From Geosiphon pyriformis uo1 (taxonomy: Eukaryota; Fungi; Glomeromycota), in the NCBI GenBank assembly GCA_016748015.1, contig JAAOMT010000703.1, forward strand, positions 496,001 through 560,000: 64,000 nt of DNA. The letters run 5' to 3'. Positions 28,801 through 40,083 of this stretch are shown piece after piece. Position 1 is the first letter of the stretch; each line of letters starts with the position of its first letter. Position numbers and translations under genes: made by a program. A model generated the notes under the pieces. The model did not search any database. It saw only the letters and a list, made by a program, of their open reading frames with translations, and was not told where the DNA came from.

Positions 28801-29386
28801 TATTAGAAAGAGAAAAAGCAGAATTCTTTAGTCAGAGACTTCTCAGTTTAGATTTGATTTAAGCAACCTTTTACATTACAAATAAATAATTATTTACTAT
28901 CTTAATCCACTTTCCACTATCAACAATTCATGTTGATAGTAATTGATACTTAACTATACTAGAACAATAGCTCTTGATCACGGCTATTGATGGGATACTA
29001 ACCATTATTGCCTTGGCTTATTTTCTTACTTTTTATTTCTTTTATTTTTATTTCTTTTCTTTGTTGTTATTTACTAATTGATTAAAAGATTAAGCACTGA
29101 AATAAAAATGTCATAGAAACTGGTAAAAAACCTGTGAAACAAGGATAAAACACTCATAGATTTGAGAATAGCTTATCAGGAGAATTACCAGCCACCATGC
29201 TGAGACAAAAATTTGATGGAATTGCAATTCCAGGAAGCTACTGAGGAAATTATTAATTAAATCTCTGTTCATTATACAAAGAACTCCACAACAAAACCTT
29301 CAGATACTAATGCCAACATATCAATCAAGCACCAAGTTATGAGTTTGTTATTTGATTTGAGACCCCAAATAACCACTTGTAACAGT

Positions 29387-29403
29387 TGGTGCTTTCTGTA
29401 AGA
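29387..29403 (+). other. Primer-binding site TGGTGCTTTCTGTAAG (complementary to a tRNA ending GAAAGCA-CCA; tRNA-Thr(AGU)-like, unverified)
   Basis: 2 nt downstream of LTR end; same motif on - strand at 52157-52172. Confidence 0.8.
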
Positions 29404-29446
29404 TATAATTTTACAGAGAACTGACACCAACAACAATCATCCAAAA

Positions 29447-31260
29447 GTAGTAGAATCAAAAATTATAAAAGCAAACCATTTAGGATTCACCAAAGTCTTG
29501 TTTCAACAGTACTGCCAACAATTAAGATTAAACAACAACTATTATCGAGCAGAATTCACTTTCAACTTTTATGTCAACAATAAAATCACAGACTGCTTAG
29601 AAAGAACAGTTAACATTGAATCTGCAAGAGAAAATTTCTATACAAAATTATTTCAACATACCAGCTTACCAAGAAATTACAGTTTCACACCAATCATCAG
29701 GAAAATCAATCAAATTATTGAAAAATACACACAACAACAATTCCCAATCACCTATGCAGACAAAGAAAAGAGAAGATTACAAACACCAATAGTGACACCA
29801 AAAGAAATCCAACTACTCACTTGGAAAAAAACTAGAGTTAAATCACCAACAAACTCATCATATCACTATATATCTGGAAGTGCTATCAACATCTTATTAA
29901 CAGGTGTGTTTATAGCAAATGCAATATTAACCTTTGAACAAATTCTATTTCAAAGTAAACAAAAAAAAGCAGAATTACTAGGAACCTATGGCAATTATTT
30001 TGAAGGATTTAAATCACAATCACCAATGCCATCAGGATTTCAATCACTGTTACTTCAACCAGATTTCAGAAATGTGAGTCCTTGAAAGATAACAGAATCA
30101 GAAGAGAAGGAAGAAAAAGAAGCTGAAGATTAAGAATTTACTTATTAGAATCTGATTCTGAAAAATCCGAACATTGAAGCCCCAAACTTTCAGATTCAGC
30201 AAGATCTAAATTTAGAAAATCCAGAAGACGAAACTTCAAATTTTCAAACTCAACAAAATCAGAACAATTGAAACCCTGATATTAATAATTAACAACACTT
30301 ACCTTCAGTAATCATCATCAACCCACCATCAGTTGTTTTACAACTACAGCCATCAACACTTACCTCCAGTAATAGTCATCAACCCACTATTAGTTGTACT
30401 ACAATAACAGCCACCACCACAACCCCAAATTCAATTACCACTTCAACCACTACAGCAAATAAACTTGAATCAAATGGCTTACACTCCAATAGTAAAACTC
30501 AAAAAGTTCACTGGTGAAGAGGATGATGCCCAAATATGATTAAATGATGTGGAAAAAGCCATTGCAGCCAATGGATGGGATGATGCTAGAGCCATGCAAG
30601 CCATCCCCTATTTTTTTAGAACACTGCCAATTCATGGTACTAAAGCTTGGTTAACAAACCCCAAGATTTTAATGCATTCAAGCTTGCATTCCTACAATAT
30701 TTTAGTAATAATAATAGTATCAACTGATTAGCAAACACTTTCACCACCATTAAGCAAAGAGAAAATAAAGCAGTTACTACTTACTTAGGATGTTTCCACA
30801 AGAATCTGTGCCAAATCCAGGTCATACAGGCTAATTATTTTACAGCGCCACAAATCCTAAATCAATTCATTAAAGGTTTGTGCAATAGTATCTTCTAATA
30901 CGTATGTACAATGCATCCTGCAGATCTTCAAGCCACCGTTACAAATGCCAGAAATTTTGAAACAGCTGAACTTGAAGCTAACCACACTTAAGCCATTAAT
31001 TTAGTAATAAACAGATCATCTGAATTGGATTTTAAGTTGAAACAATTCAGTGATTCTATCAACCAAAAATTAGAAAAATACTTAGTTAACAATCAAGCAA
31101 TTTATTAATCTTCACAAAGATGCAATAATCAAGAAAATACAAATTGTTTTTAGAATCAGTCATGTCTATCATCCTTGACCAATCAACAGTGGCAGCAAAA
31201 GATGCGTGTTTGCTACTATTGTGGTAAACAAAAGCATTTGAGGATCAACTACAGATTAAG
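29447..31260 (+). pseudogene. gag with long N-terminal extension, capsid-like domain and CCHC knuckle
   Basis: KLKKFTGEEDDAQI(W)LNDVEKAIAANGWDD from 30474; CYYCGKQKH at ~31210 (CHNCGKQ in other copies). Confidence 0.85.
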
Positions 31261-31849
31261 GATAAAAAACCAATAATTGGAAAGTCAATATCAAAACCCA
31301 ATTACCAGTTTTAAACTCCAAATTACCAACCCAACTCAACATCATATCAACCAACTTACTTGTCAATAATGCAACAGCCAATATATCAACCACTTGTATA
31401 TTAACCTTTAATTTATCAACCACCACCACCAGTAATATATCAACTACTGCAGCCACAAATAATTTATCAAACACCCACAATTCAAACACCACCATCAAAC
31501 CCAGCTCAAATAAAATCAGGAAACCCTAGATCAAGAGTTACCCAAAACTGGAGATCAGTGATGGTTGTCCACCAACTAATTCCCAGTTCATCTAACCAGT
31601 CATTAGGATCACGCCAGTAGAGTTTAGGAACTGGGTATACTCAAAACCCAAGTTCCTAAAACTATTTAAGTCTCCTAGTTATCCCAGAAAACACCCCATC
31701 CAACAACTTGGAAACAAACCAGAAATCACTTATCAGCAACATACTACTAGTCACCATCATAGAAAACAAGTCATTCACAGCTAAATTTTTTTTCAAAATT
31801 AAGGAACTGACAGAAACCCCTTTGTTCAATAGAGCTGTACTCAAGGAAA

Positions 31850-32230
31850 AACCCATTATGGCAATGTATACTAATGCCAAAATTGATAGTTATTCTATCA
31901 AACTAATTCTAGATAGTGGATTAGCTGGCAGCATTATCACAAGACAGTTCATGGACCAATTAGATCACCGAGTTGATTGAGCTGCCAGTGCAAAGATAAT
32001 TACTGCTGATGGAATCACTAAGACTCCAATTGGTAAAATAGATAACTTATCTATTGAAGTCAATGACATCATTGTACTGATCAAGGTATTAGTCATAGAA
32101 GTCACTTAGTACTAAGCACTTGTCAGCAATGACTGGCTGTTCAAAATTAACACAACACTTGATTGGAACACTCAAGAGTTCTAACTTAGTCAAAACAGTT
32201 AATACACACGTGTATCAGCCACATGTGGTT
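31850..32230 (+). pseudogene. Aspartic protease
   Basis: IKLILDSGLAGSII, ALVSNDWL. Confidence 0.9.
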
Positions 32231-33394
32231 ACTTTAAACCAATTATTATGCCATCAGCACCACTCATCAAGTTTGAAAAAGAAGAAAAAAAACCTATCTG
32301 AGAAGTCTACCAAGTTTCCTAAGCCAACATGGAACACAATGAACTGCCACCAATACTATTATGGGATGACAAAAGAAAGGAAAGAAGAGAAGAAGAACTT
32401 ACCAGGGAAATCAACCAAAGTTATTGGAATAATAATGACCAAAGTGAGCAGTCACCAATTTGAACTTGGGAAGAGAAGGGAAAAGGAAAAAAGAAAGAAC
32501 CAGAACCAGTCATTACTCTAATATATACTCTATATATTTATTCTCAACCATCACAATTATAGTATTATCGACCAAAGCTTATATGGATCAATTGTAACAA
32601 TAATAAGGAATACCTAATAGCAACTAAATTTTATTATCGCCTCTATATTATTGAACACTTTGGAAGACCAAAATGAGTTAGAAAATAGGATAATAAACTA
32701 TGCTTGGCTTGTGGAGAAACTTTTCTAGATGAAGGAATATGGAATGATATTTCTGGGTGAGGAGGAACATACGATAAATCATGTCAATACATGATTCTAA
32801 TAAGTGACTGGGTGAGGAAAAAAACACCAATAGAAGCTGCCTAGAGAAGAGCTGTAAAATATCTGAACTAATGTCCACATGATGACAATAAAATTTGGCA
32901 AATAGCACTTGTCAAAATCGAAGGAGTGTTATCAGAAGAAATAAAAACAATTAAAAATAACCCACCTGAATTTATAAAACTTGACTGGGACCCAGAACCA
33001 GTCATAAATTTCTTAGACCCAGAACAATTCTATGAATACTATCAAGAACTAGCACCTACAAGAGAAGAGCAGAAGCAATGCTTGGAAGAAATCAACACTC
33101 GACTATGTGACCACTGTTTAATTTTATGTAATTTTCAATATTGTAATAAGTGTGACCTCATTTATAATCCACCACCATGCATGATCTACACAATCTCAGA
33201 AGAAAAAGAACCAATTAGCAGCTGCACAACAGAATCAGAATTGATTTTCAATTCCGATTCAAACTCTGATAATAATAATAATAAAAACAATGATTCCAGC
33301 TCTGCTTAATATAGCAACAAAAATAACAACAATTCAGACTCAGATTTAAAATCTGAAACCTACATTTTCTGATCTTACCAAGGAACAGGAACTT

Positions 33395-33830
33395 AAATGG
33401 TTCAGCAATAATAATGAAGGTATTATGCCAGAACATGTGCATGATACTAATGCAAAGTTTGATCTGAGATATCTAAGAAAAAATCCCATTAAACTGGAAC
33501 CCTATTCACACACTTGCATTGATCTCAAAATAGCACTAGAAATTTCAACAACAACTATGGTTCAACTAGCATCCAGGAGTAGTTTAGCAAAAAAAAAATC
33601 AACATTAGAAGAAGAATAATTGACACAGGATATGTAGAAAATATCATTGCTATGCTATAAAACGACTTAGAAAAAGCATATATCATAGATCCAAACAAAA
33701 AAATAGCACAGACAATATTTCTATCTCTGGTAAAAGTAGCCCAATTAGTATCAGTAGGAAACAGGAAAGAATTAGGGATAACAGCAAGAGGGATACAAGG
33801 ATTTGGATTAACAAGTAAAATAGATGTGCT
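33395..33830 (+). pseudogene. dUTPase domain within pol
   Basis: Five trimeric-dUTPase motifs across copies: A(G)FDL, RSS, IIDAGY, KIAQAIF, RGIQGFGST. Confidence 0.9.
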
Positions 33831-34489
33831 AGTTAATATGACAGAGAAAAAAGTTATTGACAAGAGAGAAATTATCTCCATCTGTCAATCAATTTCCATT
33901 CCACCATATGACTAGTACATAGTAGTCATAGAGAAAAAAGTAAGAGATCAAGTTCAAATTTTTGAGGCAGAAGCAACTCTTTGTAAATCAGGAGAGATTG
34001 GATTAGTCAATCTACACATACTAGCCAAGAACCACAGTCACATAAAAATTCCTATTTACAACAATACAGAAAATGTCATTAAGATACTAAAAAGAACCAT
34101 TATTAGATACTTAACCACCAAAATTAAAGAACAACCACCAAACTCCATTTCAGACTTTTCACAATTGTGTAGATATGTGGATATCACATCACAAACAATA
34201 TACAGACAAGAAGAATATTATCTGTTCTAACCAGAACAATTGGAACAGATGAACTTGGAAAACTTAGATCCACTACAATGTATACAGCTCAAAATGTTAC
34301 TCAATAATTTCAATGACATCTTTGCCAGCAAAAACAAATTTGGCAGAACTGACATCATTCAACATCAAATCAAGACTGGAGATGTAATGCTAATTAAACA
34401 GAAAGCATACAGAATACCACCAGCTAGCCATGAGATTATTTGTCAAGAAATCAATTGGATGCTAAACAACAAGTTAATTCAACTATCAA

Positions 34490-35649
34490 TGAGCCCATGG
34501 TCATCACCAATGGTACTAGTTTATAAGAAAAATGGAAAAATCCACTTTTGTGTAGATTACTGGAAACTGAATAAAGTAACCAAAGGAGATAGCTACCTGA
34601 CTCCAAAGATCCAAGAATTGTTCGACACTTTTGAAGAAAAAAAATGGTTCTCAACATTAGACTTAAACAGTGGTTACTGACAAGTAGCTATGAAACCAGA
34701 AGATAAAGAGAAAACAGTTTTCACAACATAAGAAGAGAATTTTGAGTTCAAAGTCATGCCATTTGGATTAATAAATGCTCTAGCAACATTTCAATGGCTT
34801 ATCGAAATTGTCTATACTGGACTATTATAGAAATCAGTAGTCATATACTTGGATGACACCAATGTGTTTTCAAAAACATTTGATGATCATCTGCATCATC
34901 TCCAACAAGTATTTGAAAGATTTAAATGAGCAGAATTGAAACTAAATGCCAACAAATACTTCTTTGGCAAAATAGAGCTCAAGTTTTTGGAACATATTGT
35001 AAGCAAAGATGATATCAAAACAGATCTGGATAAGATTGCAATAGTCAAAAACTTTCCAGTGCCAACCAATCTAACAGAACTAAGAGCATTTTTGGGATTT
35101 GCAGACTATTATCGTCACTTTATCAAAGACTTTTCCAAAATAACTTAACCACTATACCAATTCCAAACAAAAAACACCAAATACAAATGGACTGAAACTC
35201 AACAAAAAGCTTTTGATACATTGAGAAGAAAGCTTATTCAAGCTCCAGTATTAATGTATTCAGATTATAGCAAGCCATTCATAATTACAATGAATGCATC
35301 TGGTCAAGTATTAGAAGCAGTATTATCTCAGAAAAAACCAGACAGACAAGAGCATCCAGTAGTTTACACTAGTAGAAGCTTAAGCCCAGCTGAAAAAAAC
35401 TATGAAACACCAGCATTGGAATACTTAGCTATCTATTGGACTGTTACCAAATGAAAAAAATACTTGAGTCAAAAGTTTAATGTATACACTGATCATAAAG
35501 AATTGACTTCAATCCAGAAACAAGAATTTGCAGACAATCACCATGCCAAATGGAAAATAGAACTTTCACTATTTAATTATACAGTACATTATAAAAAAGA
35601 GAAAGAAAATGGAAATGCTGATAGATTGTCACGAATGAGACAAATTTAA
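34490..35649 (+). pseudogene. Reverse transcriptase + RNase H
   Basis: SPWSSP..LV.KKNGK..FCVDY.KLN, LDLNSGY, VMPFGL, YLDD; RNase H (D)ASG..L.AVLSQ, EKNY, YTDH, NADRLSR. Confidence 0.95.
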
Positions 35650-35679
35650 AAACATTTCAAACCAAAAATATAACAAAAG

Positions 35680-37055
35680 ATGAATATACAAAAATACCAA
35701 CAACTCTAACACTATATAAATACCCAACAGTTCAAGGAAAAATTATCTCAAAATGAACAAAACAGCATCAAACAACAATTAAAATATTTTATTATTCACC
35801 AAAACATATTTTATCAAAAGAACAAAAGAAATTCAGATCAACCAACCAGAGTAATCACAGAACTAGAAAAAGAGACAATATTATTCAACATGTACTCAGA
35901 CCCAACAGTAGGATATTTTTATAAAAAAGCAACCATAGAAAAGACCAGAAAAAGATACTATTGGCCATCAATGTATCCAGACATCATCTAATATGTCCAA
36001 AATTGTGATGCTTGTTAAAGAAGAGAAGGAACAAAACCCAGTAAACTATTAAAACCAATCAAAGTGAAACAATTATTCGATTGTATTAGAATTGACTTAG
36101 TCGAACCATTAACAATTACCAGTAGAGGCAACAGATATATTGCAGTAACCATAGATTATCTTACAAAATGGCCAGAAGCAAAAGCCATTCAAAGAGCAGA
36201 TACAGAATCTGTTGCCGAATTTGTTCATCAAGATTTGATCTGTCAACACAGATGTCCAAAAGAACTATTATCAGATCAAAGAACTCACTTTGTGAATAGA
36301 ACATTGGCAGAATTAAGTCAAAGATTTGAAATAAAAAAACCATATTTATTACTATATCATTCACAAACAAATGAGTTAGTCGAGAGGTTTAACAGAACAT
36401 TGTGTAAAGCCATTGCCAAAATCAGCCAAAAAAACCAAGATGAATAGGATTTGATTATACCATCAGTATTATTTGCTTATTGAACAATAAAGCAAGATAC
36501 TACACAAGCAACATCATTTGAATTAGTATACTATAGAACAGCAACATTACTAGTTGAGATAAAAGTCAAAACATATCCAACAGAACCAATAACAGAAGAA
36601 AATTTTCAAAAAACATTGTTGAGAAAAACATATGACTTAATGAAGACATTAGAGAACAAACAGCGAAAAACAGCTAATAACATCCAAAAGTCACAAAAAA
36701 AACAAAAAAAAAACATGATAACCAACTATTAGATAAACCAGTTGAATTCAAGATTGGAGACAAAGTACTTCTACATTATACCAAAGTGGAAAAACAATGG
36801 AGTGAAAAATTTGACCCCAAATGAGACAAACCATTTTACATAGAAGAAATTTTTGGAAATAGAGCTTATAAATTAAAATTAAACAACAAAATCTTAATTA
36901 AAGCAGCACATAGAGATTGATTGAAGCCATACCACAGTACAATAACATTATCTACTAATAATATTTCACAATTAGAAGTACAAGGAATATTAGTCAAACC
37001 AGATGAGATTCTATAAGATCTAAAACCAATCATAATCATTGAACCAAACACATAA
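35680..37055 (+). pseudogene. Integrase (HHCC, rve core, GPF/Y region; no chromodomain seen)
   Basis: RYYWPSM, CDAC, DYLTKWPEAKAI, LLSDQ, QTN.LVERFNRTL, PK(W)D(G)PF. Confidence 0.92.
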
Positions 37056-37085
37056 AATTGAACAACCAAAAGAATATATAAAAAC

Positions 37086-37752
37086 ATGATATACATAACA
37101 AAAGACAGTAGAAATGGAGATCACTGACAGTATTTACTCACTAGCACAACAACTTTTTCAACTAATACAACAACAAAAGATGAAAATTACAATTAATTAA
37201 CAAACTATCTAATACACAAACACCAAAAAAAGACCATGAGACAAAATACAGAGGAAAATGGAGAACACCATGAACAAAATAATCACAAAAGTAAAAGTGG
37301 TAATAGAAACACAACTGAAAGTCACCCAATATCAAGAGTTGACTATAAAAACTTGGAATTGGTGAATACAACAATTTCCAAGAAACTTTTGTTATTTTTA
37401 TTTGGAACAACACTTGAACATCCAGAGCTTATATACAGATAAAACAAAATAACTATTCAACACAACAATATTATAACAACTAGAACAATTTGTGGAGAAG
37501 AACAATTTGATCACACAAACAAGAGCCATTTATTGGCTACATACTGGATTTTAAGATTGACTAAAAATCTTACTCAATTCAGAAATAGACTCTATTACCA
37601 TTAACCAAATAGGAAAAATAACAAATGTGCAATTTGAAGACTTACAGAACAAGATAGCACAAGTAATTCTTAAAAAAGAAGTTCAAGAAATACTTAAAGA
37701 TGGAGAATTAAAAGTAGGAAATTTGGGAGATTTCGATGGAGCTCAATATTAA
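37086..37752 (+). pseudogene. Conserved accessory ORF (~210 aa, unknown function) between IN and PPT
   Basis: Homologous frame in five copies; WNWWIQQFP.N(F/Y)CY..LGQ motif; ends FDGAQY* abutting the PPT. Confidence 0.75.
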
Positions 37753-37766
37753 AAAGAAAGGAATAA
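37751..37766 (+). other. Polypurine tract
   Basis: AAAAAGAAAGGAATAA immediately before the TG of the 3' LTR. Confidence 0.85.
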
Positions 37767-39844
37767 TGTTACTTATAGAATATAGAAAGTATATTAGCAT
37801 ATAAATTAGCTAATCAAAAGTAACCATAGTAAATATGAAATTTCAAGATTTCTCTCAAAGGAATTGTAAAATTCCAGGAATTGCAGGATTCCTCTCAAAA
37901 AAATTGCAGAATTCCAGGAATTGCAAGATTTCTGGTGTAAAAAATTAAGGAATTGAGGAATCTCAATTATGTATATATAGCAGTAATGTTAGAAAAAGAA
38001 AAGGCAGAATCTTTTAGTTAGAGACCTCGCAGTTTAGATTTGATCTAAGCAATCTTTTTCATCACAAATAAATAATTATTCACTATCTTAATTCACTCTC
38101 CATTATTAACAGTTCATGTTGATAGTAATTGATACTTAACTATACTAGAACAATAGCTCTTAATCATGGCTATTAACAAGATACTAACCATTATTGCCTT
38201 GGCTTATTTTCTTACTTCTTATTTCTTTTATTTTTATTTCTTTTCTTTGTTGTTATTTACTAATTGATTAAAAAATTAAGCACTGAAATAAAGATGTTAT
38301 AGAAACTGGTAAAAGACCCATAAAACAAGGGTAAAACACTCATAGATTTGAGAATAGCTTATCAGGAGAATTACTGGTCACCATGCTAAGACAGAAATTT
38401 AATGGAATTGCAATTCTGAGAGACTATCGAGGAAATTATTAATTAAATCTTTGTCTATTATACAAAAAACTCCACAACAAAACCTTCAAATATCAACACC
38501 AACATATTAATCAAACACCAAGTTATGGGTTTGTTATTTGATTTGAGACCCCAAATAACCACTTGTAATACCATCTTAATTTATAAGCTCTATTTCCAAA
38601 AAAAATTTTTATGTAAAATGGTCTATCCCATTTGGGGTCAAATTTTCCACTTCATTGTTTTTCTGCTTTGGTATGATGTAAAAGTACTTTGTCTCTAATC
38701 TTGAATTCAATTGGTTTATTTGGTAATTAGTTATTGTGTCTTTTTTTTTGTTTTTCTTGTGACTTTTGGATGTTATCAGCTGCTCTTTGTCATTTGTTTT
38801 CTAGTGTTTCTATTAAGTCATATGTTTTTTTTAACAATGTTTCTTGAAAATTGTCTTTTGTTATTGGTTTAGTTGAATATGTGCTAACTTTTATCTCTAC
38901 TGGTAATATTGCTGTTCTATCATATATTAATTCAAATAGTGTTGTTTGTGTAGTGTCTTGCTTTATTGTTTGATAAGTAAATAATACTGATGATATAAAC
39001 AAATCTCATTTATCTTGATTTTTTTGGCTGATTTTGGTGATTGTTTCACACAATGTTCTGTTGAATCTTTTAACTAAGCCATTGGTTTATGGATAATATG
39101 GTAATAATAATAGTCTTTTTATCCCAATTCTTTGACTTAACTCTGCCAATGTTCTATTTAAAAAGTGAGTTTTTTGGTTAAATAGTAATTCTTTTGAGCA
39201 TCCATGTTGACAAATCAAATCTTGATAAACGAATTTGGCAACAAATTCTGCATCTGCTCTTTAAATAGCTCTTATTTCTAGCCACTTATTAAGATAATCT
39301 ATGGCTACTGCAATATATCTGTTTTCTCTGCTGGTTATTGTTAATAATCCAACCAAGTCAATTCTAATACAATCAAATAGTTGTTCCACTTTAATTGGTC
39401 TCAATAGTTTACTGGGTTTTTGTTTCTCCTTTTCTCTGATAAGCATTACAATTTTGAACATATTGGATAATGTCTGAATACATAGATGACCAATAGTATC
39501 TTTTTTTAATTTTTTTTATGGTTGCTTTTTTGTGAAAATATCCTGCTGTTAGATCAGAGTGCATGTTGAATAATATTGCTTTTTTCTCTAATTCTGTGAT
39601 TACTTTGGTTGGTTGATCTGAATTCTTTCTGTTTTTTCAATAAAGTATATCTTGGTGAGTAATAAAATATTTGGATTGTTGTTTGATATAGCTTTGTTTT
39701 TTTGGAAATAATTTTTCCTTGAACTGCTAAGTATTAATATAGTGTTGAAATTGTTGATCTTTTTGTATATTTATCTTTTATTATATTTTTGGGTTGAAAT
39801 GTTTTTAGATTTGTCTCATTCATGACAAGCCATTGGCATTTTCG

Positions 39845-39865
39845 TTTTTTTTTTTTTTTTTTTTG

Positions 39866-39930
<65 letters not shown>
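39845..39930 (+). repeat. Interrupted poly(T) run inside decayed RNase H
   Basis: Replaces the short KKGKE A-rich codons seen in other copies. Confidence 0.85.
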
Positions 39931-39931
<1 letters not shown>

Positions 39932-40083
39932 TAATGTACTGTATAAATAAATAATAAAAGTTTTATTTTCCATTTAGCATAGTGATCATTTCCAAATTTT
40001 TGTTTTTGAATTGAAGTTAATTCTTTATGGTCAGTGTATATGTTAAATTTTTGGCTTAGGTATTCCTTCTATTTCATGACTGC

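Larger units (their letters stand above)
28581..38570 (+). mobile_element. Complete (pseudogenised) Ty3/Gypsy LTR retrotransposon, 9990 bp, TSD CCAT
   Basis: 804-bp LTRs 28581-29384 and 37767-38570; CCAT at 28577-28580 and 38571-38574; PR-RT-RH-IN order. Confidence 0.96.

Noticed and set aside
28910-29020. Hammerhead/hairpin ribozyme or H/ACA snoRNA call
   Set aside because: No CUGANGA...GAAA core, no NGUC opposite AGAA, hairpins too short for H/ACA; kept only as an unnamed structure
29108-29400. Apparent 92-codon ORF starting at an ATG inside U5 and reading through the PBS into gag
   Set aside because: In frame only in this copy and needs five stops repaired; other LTR subtypes have non-triplet indels in this stretch, so U5 shows no coding constraint
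37086-37752. env gene
   Set aside because: No signal peptide, furin site or transmembrane anchor visible
39734-39973. Poly-lysine protein
   Set aside because: Translation of a homopolymer expansion or possible long-read artefact in dead RNase H
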